Assembly (NCBI GenBank): GCA_963664325.2
Contig: CAXXDQ010000003.1
Location: forward strand, 1,056,001-1,120,000
From: Desulfomonilia bacterium
GTDB taxonomy: Bacteria; Desulfobacterota; Desulfomonilia; UBA1062
Length of the DNA stretch: 64,000 nt
Direction of reading: 5' to 3'
The translations under genes and the position numbers were made by a program. The notes under the pieces were generated by a model. It was not told the DNA's origin. It did no database searches and worked only from the letters and a program-made list of their open reading frames with translations. Shown here one piece after another: positions 27,701 through 36,172 of this stretch; the stretch's first letter is position 1, and each line of letters begins with the position of its first letter.

Positions 27701-30682
27701 GATGGTCCACGCATAAGTGAGAGAATGGCCTTCAGGGTCAGTGCTGCCGCTGCCGTTAAGGGCCACGGTCTGGCCGTGGGCTGCGTTTATATCGGCTCCG
27801 GCATTGGCCGTGGGCGCCTGGTTGGTTGCGGTTATTGTAAGGGTGTCGGCGGCGCTGAAGAGATAGCCGTCGCTTACGATAAGGCGGATAACATACACAC
27901 CCTGCAAGGCCGGAATGAAAGCGGGATTGACTATGGCCGCGTTGGAGAACTGGGCAATGCTGGTGCTTGGTCCGGAGGCTACCGTCCATGCATAGGTGAG
28001 CGTTGCGCCGTCCGCGTCGGAGCTGGCGCTTCCGTCAAGGTTGGCTGCGGCGCCGTAGCCGAAGATGACGCTCTGATCGGCACCGGCTTCTGCAACGGGC
28101 TGATGGTTGATAACTGTAATGGTTACCGTATCGGCGGTGCTGAAGAAGGCCCCGTCGGAAACGACAAGGCTGATCACGTAAACACCCACCTTGTCAGGCG
28201 AGAATGTCGGATTCACAAGGCCCGGGTTGGTTATTATGGCGGTGCTGCCGGCCGGATGCGAAGTGATAGTCCAGGACCATGAGATTATCATGGTTCCGTT
28301 GGGGTCATAGCTCGCGCTTCCGTCGAGGAATGCGGTTTTTCCTGGGAAGCCGAGGCTCTGGTCAGGGCCGGCATTGGCCACGGGCATATCACCTACGGTA
28401 AGGGTGACCTCGTCCGCCGGGCTGTAATCGAACCCGTCAAACACGATCAGAGTGATCCTGTATACGCCCTTCTTGTCGGGGGCCAGGCTCGGATTTACGA
28501 TGGCGGTATTGGATAGTGCTGCGGTACTGCCTGACGGTGCAGAAACGATTTCCCAGGTATATGAGAGCGGAAGGCCTGAAGGGGCATGGCTGGCGATCCC
28601 GTCAAAATAAGCCGTTATGCCGGGGAAGCCGATATGCTGATCAGGTCCGGCCTCGGCCGTTGGACCGGTATTGATGGCAGTGATGGTAACGCTGTCCGCG
28701 GCGCTGTACAGATCGCCGTCAAACACGATGAGGCTGATCACATAGGTGCCAGGTATGTCGGGTGTTATGGAAGGATTCACGATGTCCGAGCCGGGAAGAA
28801 GCGCTGCCGTGCTGCCGTAAGGTGCGCTGGTTATGGTCCACGAGTAGGCCAGCGTGGTATCGGGGTCTGGATCAAAACTGGCGCTTCCGTTAAGATGAAC
28901 CGTCTCGCCGGTGCCGAAAGTAAAGCTGTAATCAGAGCCTGCCTCGGCTGTCGGTGCGTTGTTGTATACGTTTATAGTGAGTGTATCCTCAATACTGTTT
29001 ACCTCACCGTCATTTACAATGAGGCCGATCACATACGGGCCTTTCATGTCGGGCAGGAATGTCGGATTTGTAATAGTCGGGCTGGAAAGCTCCGCAATAC
29101 TGTCTTCCGGACGCGAGATGATTGTCCACTGGTAGGTCAGCGGGTCGCTGTCCGCATCGGTTCCGCTTCCGAGAAGCTGGACTGTCTTATTGGGGAAGCC
29201 GATGGTGATGTCGCCGCCGGCCTCTGCAACAGGGGCGTGGTTTGTGGTTGTGATGACAACTTCATCAGGTGCACTGGCAAGGCCTTCGCTGTCGGTCACA
29301 ATCAGGCTGAGCGTATAGATGCCTTTCCTGCTGGGTGTGAAGACCGGATTAACGATTGTGTTATTGGAAAGCTGGCCGATGCCGGTATCCGGTCCGGACG
29401 TAATCGTCCAGGCAAAACTCAGAGAGTCGCCGTCCGGGTCTGAGCTGGCGCTTCCGTTGAGATTGGCTGTCTGGCCGAATTCGATGGTGGCATTCGTTCC
29501 TGCGTTGGCGACTGGCACGTTATTGGAACAGGTTACTATAACAGTGTCTTCAGAGGTAAGGTCGCCGTCGCTTACAGTCAGTTTAAATCCATATGCACCC
29601 CTTACATCAGGATTGAAGGTTGGTGCCGGGCTGGATGCATCGGAAAGAATAGCCAAGCTGCCGGTCGGCCGTGAGGTGATTACCCAGGCATATGTCAGAA
29701 TGTCGCCGTCCGGGTCTGAGCTTCCGCTCCCGTTTAGGTTTGCCGTTGAGCCGAACAGGACGGTGATATCAGAGCCGGCCTCGGCAATTGGTGCGGTGTT
29801 GGCTACAGTTATTGTAAGTGTATCCTTGGAGCTGGTCAATTCGCCGTCACTTACTATAAGTCCCAGCACGTAAGTACCTGTCTTGTCTGGTGTGAATGTC
29901 GGCGTTGCGCTGGTGGGGTCTGCTATCCCGGCGGTGCTGCCTTCCGGTTTTGTATCGACTGTCCAGGCATAGGTTAGAGGCTGGTGTTCGGGGTCGAAGC
30001 TCGCAGTCCCGTCAAGAGAAGCTGTCCTGGAGAGGTGGACGGCCTGGTCTGGGCCGGCATTCGCAGTAGGTGGATGGTTACCGATAAAGGAATTAATGGT
30101 GACGGTATCTGTAGCTGTTTTCTCGCCGTCACTTACGATAAGCGTGATTGTGTAACCGCCCTCTAGATCTGGTGTGAAGGTCGGATTGACGATATATGGA
30201 TCGTCAATAGTGGCAGTGCTTCCTCCTGGTGCGGTGGTAATAGACCAGGTATAGGACAGAGGCTGGCTTTCAGGGTCTGAACTGGCGCTGCCGTCAAGCG
30301 TAACCAGGGTGCCGGGAGCAACGCTTTGATCTGGGCCCGCATTGGCTGTGGGCGGCAGGTTTGCTACAACATGCACGTTCCATTGCTTTACAAGTATCTT
30401 GCCGGATAGCGAGTCTTTGGTCTGCACCTTCAGTACGAAAATGCCCGCATCCGCCTCAAGAGCCGTATAGCTATAGGATGCCTTTATAGCCCCGGGAATT
30501 ACAATATCGTTCTTGGACCATTCATATGGACCATTCATTAGACCGGTCACGGAAAAGGCCTTTGATGCGCCTACATTGAGTGTGACAGGTGCTGTCGTTG
30601 AAGGACTTGTAGAAATGATACAACCACTCAACCAAAGAGCCATAAGCGAAAACATGGCTAACAATATTGCATTTCTCTTCAT
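24785..30682 (-). CDS. Large surface lipoprotein, putative adhesin: Ig-like module + 18 PKD-like repeats + tip
   Basis: ORF 24785..30718 (1977 aa); start at MKRNAIL (30682) behind AGGGGG; lipobox LSGC; repeats 1-13 collinear with the 31-repeat paralog. Confidence 0.9.
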   Translation of the reverse strand: MKRNAILLAMFSLMALWLSGCIISTSPSTTAPVTLNVGASKAFSVTGLMNGPYEWSKNDIVIPGAIKASYSYTALEADAGIFVLKVQTKDSLSGKILVKQWNVHVVANLPPTANAGPDQSVAPGTLVTLDGSASSDPESQPLSYTWSITTAPGGSTATIDDPYIVNPTFTPDLEGGYTITLIVSDGEKTATDTVTINSFIGNHPPTANAGPDQAVHLSRTASLDGTASFDPEHQPLTYAWTVDTKPEGSTAGIADPTSATPTFTPDKTGTYVLGLIVSDGELTSSKDTLTITVANTAPIAEAGSDITVLFGSTANLNGSGSSDPDGDILTYAWVITSRPTGSLAILSDASSPAPTFNPDVRGAYGFKLTVSDGDLTSEDTVIVTCSNNVPVANAGTNATIEFGQTANLNGSASSDPDGDSLSFAWTITSGPDTGIGQLSNNTIVNPVFTPSRKGIYTLSLIVTDSEGLASAPDEVVITTTNHAPVAEAGGDITIGFPNKTVQLLGSGTDADSDPLTYQWTIISRPEDSIAELSSPTITNPTFLPDMKGPYVIGLIVNDGEVNSIEDTLTINVYNNAPTAEAGSDYSFTFGTGETVHLNGSASFDPDPDTTLAYSWTITSAPYGSTAALLPGSDIVNPSITPDIPGTYVISLIVFDGDLYSAADSVTITAINTGPTAEAGPDQHIGFPGITAYFDGIASHAPSGLPLSYTWEIVSAPSGSTAALSNTAIVNPSLAPDKKGVYRITLIVFDGFDYSPADEVTLTVGDMPVANAGPDQSLGFPGKTAFLDGSASYDPNGTMIISWSWTITSHPAGSTAIITNPGLVNPTFSPDKVGVYVISLVVSDGAFFSTADTVTITVINHQPVAEAGADQSVIFGYGAAANLDGSASSDADGATLTYAWTVASGPSTSIAQFSNAAIVNPAFIPALQGVYVIRLIVSDGYLFSAADTLTITATNQAPTANAGADINAAHGQTVALNGSGSTDPEGHSLTYAWTITSRPSGSTAALSNPAIVNPTFIADKSGSYVISLVVSDGVMTSAADTVTVIVSNNAPIANAGADISLIFGYGALAHLDGSLSSDPESQPLTYAWTITARPAGSTAALSSSTIVNPTFLPDKAGEYTVSLVVYDGDTYSTPDTLTITAANAAPHAEAGDNQTVAWNTLATLNGSGSFDPEAYPITYAWVITSAPTGSTATLSGAATASPSFTPNKTGAYVITLTVSDGVNTATDTVTITVPNNAPTAEAGADQNIFFGLGETATLNGSASSDPEGDPLTYSWTITSAPVGSAAALSDPAAVSPSLTPDKKGTYLITLTVSDGVNVSAADAVTITAYNVAPTIDAGSNQTVTWNTLATLSGTATDPESKPMTYVWTITSAPFGSTAALSGASTLTPSFTPDKSGSYVLTLSVSDAVNTVTDTLTITVPNNAPTAEAGPDQNIFFGTGLTATLDGSASHDPEGDTLTYTWAIVSSPSGSSASLSDIHAIHPTLTPDKKGAYLITLVVSDGVNLSASDAVTITAYNVAPTAEAGSNQSVFFSGSGATATLAGSGTDPESQPLTYAWTITSGPNTSISQLSNANIAGPVFTPTVKGSYVLSLVVNDGVNASTADTVSIMFYNAAPTANAGADVNPLYVGVATTLNGSGFDDEGQPLTPTWSVTARPSGSTAQPSNINIFNPTFTPDKKGSYTLSLVVSDGVNTSVADTMIITTPNRAPTANAGSAVSNIAYAGRAVGLNGGGSSDPDGDSLTYSWSITSFTPYSGVTSGNTATITNPTSATPTANLTRPGTYVISLTVNDGTVSSGASTVTLTTAALVTVTKNWDDNSMGDWAITTAIGTVDRRISSDRSHSASYSFDIHSNISSGSSNTTIVTTNLNGGSPAYLVSVSLWLNWYPNIFGGSSINTKLLKDGVAWKEIGPDDAPTFSKNTWAYRGDTSSTPYNCNGEATTIAFAGYDYIYSGADEMFFDDITYIVWR

Positions 30683-30986
30683 TGTAACCCCCTGCATTTT
30701 ATTAGGAGAGCAACACACAAGGCCGCAATCCTTTAACTGCTTGAAACTTTAAAACCCTCTAGATGCGCGCTACATTAAATTTTTATAGGGGGTAAAATTG
30801 TGTTTTTATTAACCCTATAGCTGCGCGCTACCTTAAACCAAAATACAACTCTCTGGAACGGTGATGCTTTGTTAAAATTCCATGTTGATAAATAACAATT
30901 TCAAAAAACTAGTAGCGGCAAGCTTCAGGTAATAGACCTCATTAAGATGTATTCAAAAATAATTGAACTACAATAAACATATTATA

Positions 30987-31130
30987 TGCAAAATGTATGC
31001 AAACCGCCATAGATTTAATTAAATAAAATTGATTATAATTATCAATAAGTTATATATGCAATTGAATGGTGACGATTTGTGGTTAATATTTGAAATGGGT
31101 AATTTATTACTAATCAAGGAAAATATTTCC
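30987..31130 (-). promoter_or_regulatory. Degenerate sigma54-like promoter + IHF site + palindrome upstream of the array
   Basis: minus TTGCATACATTTTGCA at 30987-31002 (TG-N10-GC, -24 mismatch); TATCAATAAGTTA at 31040-31052 exact IHF consensus; GGAAAATATTTCC at 31118-31130. Confidence 0.4.
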
Positions 31131-31532
31131 ATCCGCTGGAAAAAGCCAAAATGAGATGAATTAACAAAGGGACGTACCTGACATTATAATATCAAATTTA
31201 AAATGTTAGGGTGGGGATTTTAATATTATGGAATTGCCAGAACCAATAGGGGACGATCATTATATTATGAAAAAAAATGTTACTAATCCGATTGACCATG
31301 ATTCACATAGTGGTAAAGAATAAGAATCACAAAATTATTAAAAATAGAATGACTAAATAGCAGGAACGTCCCCAAGTTAAATTTATGCAGGTATAATTCT
31401 CCACTTTTATTAAATGTGATGTTTTGCTTAAATAGTATTATCTTTCTTAAAAATTAGAAATTAATTGCTCATATTTTAATATATTGACTGTTTACATTAT
31501 GATAACTGATTGAAATATAATCTTTTTAACTG

Positions 31533-31548
31533 TGGCATTTTCATTGCT
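31533..31548 (+). promoter_or_regulatory. sigma54 (-24/-12) promoter for amidohydrolase gene
   Basis: TGGCATTTTCATTGCT with exact GG-N10-GC spacing, ~135 bp upstream of start 31684. Confidence 0.65.
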
Positions 31549-31683
31549 TATGAAATTAACAAATGAAACTAATATTAAACCATGGTAGAATATTCTGCTT
31601 GTGTGATTTTACGGTGTCTATGATGTGATGTTATGAATGCTGAAATTAATTATAAAAGCTCAAATATATTATTAGGAGTTTAT

Positions 31684-33819
31684 ATGAATTTTAAGAGACT
31701 GTTCCTGACTGGCATTGTTCTTTTAATTTTTACGGCCTGCAGCGGTGGCAACTCCCAGCCTGAATCTTCGGCAAATGCAGCAGGGACAGAAGTTGCTAAT
31801 TCCACCATATCTCCCTATGATTTTGCTAACGGCTGCTATGCATTGAAATCGGCAGCGAACAATAATTTTATCCAATCCACAGGGGTCAGGTATGAAGCTT
31901 CTGGCCTGGGTGCCGGAAATGCTTCTACATTTTTTATGAAACCTTCAAGCCTGGGCACCTATATGCTATTTGACAAGCAATCATATTATCTTGGTGTTGA
32001 TTCCGGGCACAACATAGTCCGGACTTCAACACTTGATGACAATAACCTGTGGAGTCTCGATAAACAGGGTAAAGACACATTCGCCCTGAAATCAACAGTG
32101 GCCATCAAATGGCTTGCTGTAAGTGAGAATGGAACCGGACTGGTCCTGTCAGACACTTGCGGTTTGACATCCCGGTTTTATATTGAGCCTGCGACAAGCT
32201 GCAGGCCCTTCCCGGAGATGGACCTCAGCGCCGATGTGACAACACAGAAGGCAGTCTCCGAACAGGAGCTGGTTGGTTTTGCCGACACCCACCTGCATCT
32301 ATGCGCCAATGAAGGCTTCGGGGGCAAACTGGTGATAGGCAGGAACTTCAGCCCTCTCGGTGTCACCAAGGCTCTACCGGACTGTTCATACATCCACGGT
32401 AAGAACGGAGCAAATGATCTTATCGGCAATCTTACCGAGGGCAGGCTCCGACACGACACCAGCGGCTGGCCCGACTTCAAGTTCTGGCCCTACAACAATG
32501 CCATGACTCATCAGATGGTTTATTACAGGTGGCTGGAACGGGCCTATCTGGGCGGATTGAGACTTGCCGTCTGTCATGCGGTCAGCAACGAACTGCTCTG
32601 CCGTATCTATGGCAGCCTGCCTGGTTATAACTGCAATGACATGGCCGCTGTCGATCGTCAGCTTGACGAGATAAAAAACCTTGAAAAATACATAGACGCC
32701 CAGTGCGGAGGCCCGGGCAAGGGATGGTTCCGCATAGTGTATTCGCCGAAAGAGGCAAGAGAGGTTATCGCTGACGGCAAGCTTGCCATTGTCCTTGGTA
32801 TTGAGGTCGCCACACTCTTTGATGCAGCAGATGAAAACGACGTTGATCCTCAGTACCTGATAGATAAGCTTGAAGAATATCGCAACAAGGGTGTTCGGAG
32901 CATATTTCCCATCCATATCTTCAATAACGCCTTCGGTGGCACCAATGTCTGGGTGCCTGTTATACCCAATCTCGGCAACCGCCTTCTCAGGGGCTCCTAT
33001 TTTGAGTTTGAGGAGTGCCCGGACCCCTCATTTACATACAAGGAACCTGCATTACTTTATCCAGAAGATCCATTCTTCATCATGCTTGCGCCTCTGATAG
33101 GTTTTATGGTGCCGTATTACCCTGCCGACCTTAAGTCGTTCGACAACAAGAGGGGGCTTACTGACATCGGTGAATTCTTTATCCATGAAATGATGAAAAA
33201 GAAGATGATAATCGAGACCGACCACATGAGCCACAAAATGGCCTTCAAGGTACTTTCAATCTGCGAAGAGGAGCATTATCCTGTGGTTGCGAGCCACAGC
33301 TGGATCGATCCGCCTGACGGGAGCATCACCTATCAGTACGCAAGGAGGATCGCAAATGTGGGCGGAATCCTTTCGCTGATGCTTTACCAGGAGAAGCATG
33401 GCGGGTGCCAGATATCGTCACAGTCATGGGCTGAGTCGTATAAAAATGCGGTGAGGGTAATGGGAATGGGCCAGTACCCTGTGGCAATTCCGTACGGATC
33501 TGATGCAAACGGCATGTGCAAACAGCCTGGGCCACGCTTCGGTGAACGGGCCTGCGACGGCAATACGCCTGAAGAGCCTCAAATAAATCCGCTCGTTTAC
33601 CCATTCAAGACACCAATCGGAGGCACCGGCGAGCTTTATCAGCTCAAGGCAGGCAACCGGACATTTGACTTCAATACCGAGGGTCTAGCATGCTACGGTT
33701 TGATTCCGGATTTTGTAGCGGATCTTAAAAACCTGGGACTTACGGATGATGATCTGAAACCTTTTTACCATTCGGCCGAGGGTTATATTGAGATGTGGGA
33801 GCGTGTTGAAAACCGCTGA
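31684..33819 (+). CDS. Lipoprotein: beta-trefoil/fascin-like domain + membrane-dipeptidase (M19)-like amidohydrolase
   Basis: ORF 31633..33819; start at MNFKRLF behind AGGAG; lipobox FTAC; metal motifs ADTHLH, LGIE, ETDHMS, VASH, GSDANG. Confidence 0.8.
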   Translation: MNFKRLFLTGIVLLIFTACSGGNSQPESSANAAGTEVANSTISPYDFANGCYALKSAANNNFIQSTGVRYEASGLGAGNASTFFMKPSSLGTYMLFDKQSYYLGVDSGHNIVRTSTLDDNNLWSLDKQGKDTFALKSTVAIKWLAVSENGTGLVLSDTCGLTSRFYIEPATSCRPFPEMDLSADVTTQKAVSEQELVGFADTHLHLCANEGFGGKLVIGRNFSPLGVTKALPDCSYIHGKNGANDLIGNLTEGRLRHDTSGWPDFKFWPYNNAMTHQMVYYRWLERAYLGGLRLAVCHAVSNELLCRIYGSLPGYNCNDMAAVDRQLDEIKNLEKYIDAQCGGPGKGWFRIVYSPKEAREVIADGKLAIVLGIEVATLFDAADENDVDPQYLIDKLEEYRNKGVRSIFPIHIFNNAFGGTNVWVPVIPNLGNRLLRGSYFEFEECPDPSFTYKEPALLYPEDPFFIMLAPLIGFMVPYYPADLKSFDNKRGLTDIGEFFIHEMMKKKMIIETDHMSHKMAFKVLSICEEEHYPVVASHSWIDPPDGSITYQYARRIANVGGILSLMLYQEKHGGCQISSQSWAESYKNAVRVMGMGQYPVAIPYGSDANGMCKQPGPRFGERACDGNTPEEPQINPLVYPFKTPIGGTGELYQLKAGNRTFDFNTEGLACYGLIPDFVADLKNLGLTDDDLKPFYHSAEGYIEMWERVENR

Positions 33820-34052
33820 ACAGATCTTGGGGAGGGTTTCCAGGGAATAGGTCGATGACCGATGTGGCGGATAACCCGTCACAATTGTCGATTCTCCAGT
33901 TTGAACAGTAGATTTTAAGATGGCGGTTTCCGGCGGTACCGAAGAACTGCAGACTTGCAGGCAATTGTTTTAGGCTCTAATCCAGCCCGTATGATAAACA
34001 TCTGTTACTGTGTATTAATCTCTGAATGTAATTGTATATTTTGACAGTACCC

Positions 34053-34080
34053 TTGACATTTCCCGACAGCAACTTATTAT
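34053..34080 (+). promoter_or_regulatory. Candidate sigma70 promoter
   Basis: TTGACA-N16-TATTAT, 57 bp upstream of 34138. Confidence 0.5.
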
Positions 34081-34137
34081 TTATAGCATTGGTTTGCGCA
34101 TGAACCCTTATATCTAATAAACAGGGAGGAGGATTTT

Positions 34138-35860
34138 ATGAGAAAATTATCAATAATCTCGATTATTCTCATGGTATCAGCTATGCTGAGCGGCTGCATC
34201 ATATCGATCACTCCGAAAGATAATCCCTTGATCATGTCTCCCGGAGTGACCACGGTATTAACAATCAAGGCCTACTTCACCCCGATAAAGTATGTATGGA
34301 CAGTAGATGATACTGTAGATCCGGCCGCAACAGGCAACTCATATTCATACATGCTAAATGATGTGCTTCCTTCTACGCATACTATCAATGTGGTTGCAGT
34401 TCACTTCCTTTATAAAGACTCGTACACATGGAACATAAAGTATGAGGGCTCAAACAGACCGCCTGTTGCTTCAGCCGGACCTGATAAAAAAGGTCATATA
34501 AGGCGCATCGTGACCCTTGACGGCGGCGGCTCTACGGACCCGGACGGCAATATCGTTTCTTTTCTCTGGGAGCAGACAGACGGGCCTACTGTAACCCTGT
34601 CTGACCCGAGTGCCATACAGCCTCAATTCCTGGCTGAAGTCTCAGCAAGTTCAAGCCTTACATTCAGGTTGACGGTAACGGATGCAGGCGGCCTCTCTTC
34701 AAGCGACACCTGCATCGTCAGTTTCTATGAAGAAACATGGAGCATGTTCATGCAGGACAGTCGGCATACGGGACGAAGCCCGTATATTGGCGCACAGACC
34801 AACAACTTGAAGTGGTCATTCATGACTACCGGCGGGTATGTTTACAGCAGCCCGACTGTCGGTGCAAACGGCATGGTGTATGTGGGCGAATTCGGTGATC
34901 AGGGGGGGGGGGTACAACTTCCCGAGCAAAGTCTATGCAATCGACAGTGAAAGCGGCACTGAAATGTGGTCTTTCCTGACACAAAACTGGATATGGGGTG
35001 CCCCTGCAATAGGGCCTGACGGCACTGTATATGTGGGAAGCGAAGATACCAGCCTATATGCGCTTGACGGGATGACAGGTACGCTGAAGTGGTCATTTGC
35101 AGCTGGCGATTCCATATGGGGCAGCCCGACTGTGGGGCCCGATGGCACGGTTTATTTTGGCAGCTGGGACGGCTTCATATATGCCATTGATCATGCAACC
35201 GGCGACGCGAAGTGGTCCTATGATACAATGAGCCTTGTAATATGCAGTCCGGCCATCGGAACTGACGGTACTGTGTATGCGGGCGACATGAGCGGGAATA
35301 TCATCGCCATTGACGGTGCAACCGGCGAGGATAAATGGGTGTATGTAATGGGGCTGCCAGGCAGTGATCAGGTATGGGGAAGTCCGGCCATCGGTTCTGA
35401 CGGCACTGTTTATATAGGGGGATGGAATTCCGGCAAACTCTTTGCACTCGATGGGGCTACAGGCGCCAAGAAATGGGAGTATAATACAGGCAGCGGCATA
35501 TGGACCTGTCCGGCTATAGGGGCTGACGGCACAGTTTACGTGGGGAGCTATTACAATGGCAAACTGACGGCTCTTGACGGGGCGACCGGCGCCTTCAAGT
35601 GGGCATTTTCAGCAACCGCCGGCAGTTATATGGCTGGCAGCCCGGCGATCGGGGCTGACGGTACAGTGTATGCAGGTGAAGCTGTTATGAAGGATCCACC
35701 GCTTTCTGCAAGCAAGGTTTATGCCCTTGATGGAGAAACCGGCGCCGTGAGATGGGAGTATCTGGTGGGTGACAGGGTTGAGAGCAGCCCGGCCATCGGA
35801 GCGGACGGCACAGTCTATATCGGCAGCAAAGATGGAAATGTCTATGCTTTCGGGGAATGA
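34138..35860 (+). pseudogene. Lipoprotein: Ig-like module + 1 PKD repeat + PQQ/BamB-like beta-propeller, frameshifted at G11 (phase-variable or sequencing error)
   Basis: ORFs 34138..34950 and 34838..35860 join if G11 (34902-34912) is G10: ...GEFGDQGGG-YNFPSKVYAID...; lipobox LSGC; repeated SPAIG.DGTVY.G and W.F/Y propeller motifs. Confidence 0.8.
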
Positions 35861-36172
35861 TGATACTGGCATAAATAAATATTTCCGATTGAAGTGAATC
35901 ATCCGGGGACTTCAAGTTGCCGGCTGATTCACCATAATATAAATCTCCGTACAAACTATATAGGGACGCTCCTTATATTATAATATTCTCCATAAATCCA
36001 ACTTGACTGCCTGATAATTTATTTGATGAAAATACAATAAAAAAAAGGTACACTCCTGATAAAGATAAAATATCCGCAAGGGAGAAGCGTCTCCAGGTGT
36101 GCCTCTACGAATGACGCGAAATATGCGAAAGGGGAAGAGCTGCTTATTCCATAATTTGTAAGGAGACGCCGT

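Noticed and set aside
142-30682. Diversity-generating retroelement as the source of variable C-termini
   Set aside because: No reverse transcriptase or non-coding template repeat; differences between related tips include indels and are not adenine-restricted
142-30682. Shufflon or silent-cassette system
   Set aside because: No recombinase, inverted cassettes or orphan tips; every tip belongs to a full gene with RBS and lipobox
15128-30682. RTX/T1SS, autotransporter, T9SS or PEP-CTERM export of the giant proteins
   Set aside because: N-terminal lipobox present; no GGxGxD nonapeptides, C-terminal barrel, TM sorting tail or transporter genes seen
142-30682. Higher apparent GC than core genes as proof of horizontal transfer
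   Set aside because: Not computed; confounded by Ala/Gly/Pro/Thr-rich composition; no mobility genes nearby
931-30752. Many short plus-strand and alternate-frame ORFs over the array
   Set aside because: Antisense shadows of repetitive GC-rich coding sequence, repeating with the host genes
36060-36172. Riboswitch upstream of the kinase (short GNRA-like hairpins)
   Set aside because: No match to c-di-GMP or other consensus I can verify; an Rfam scan would be needed
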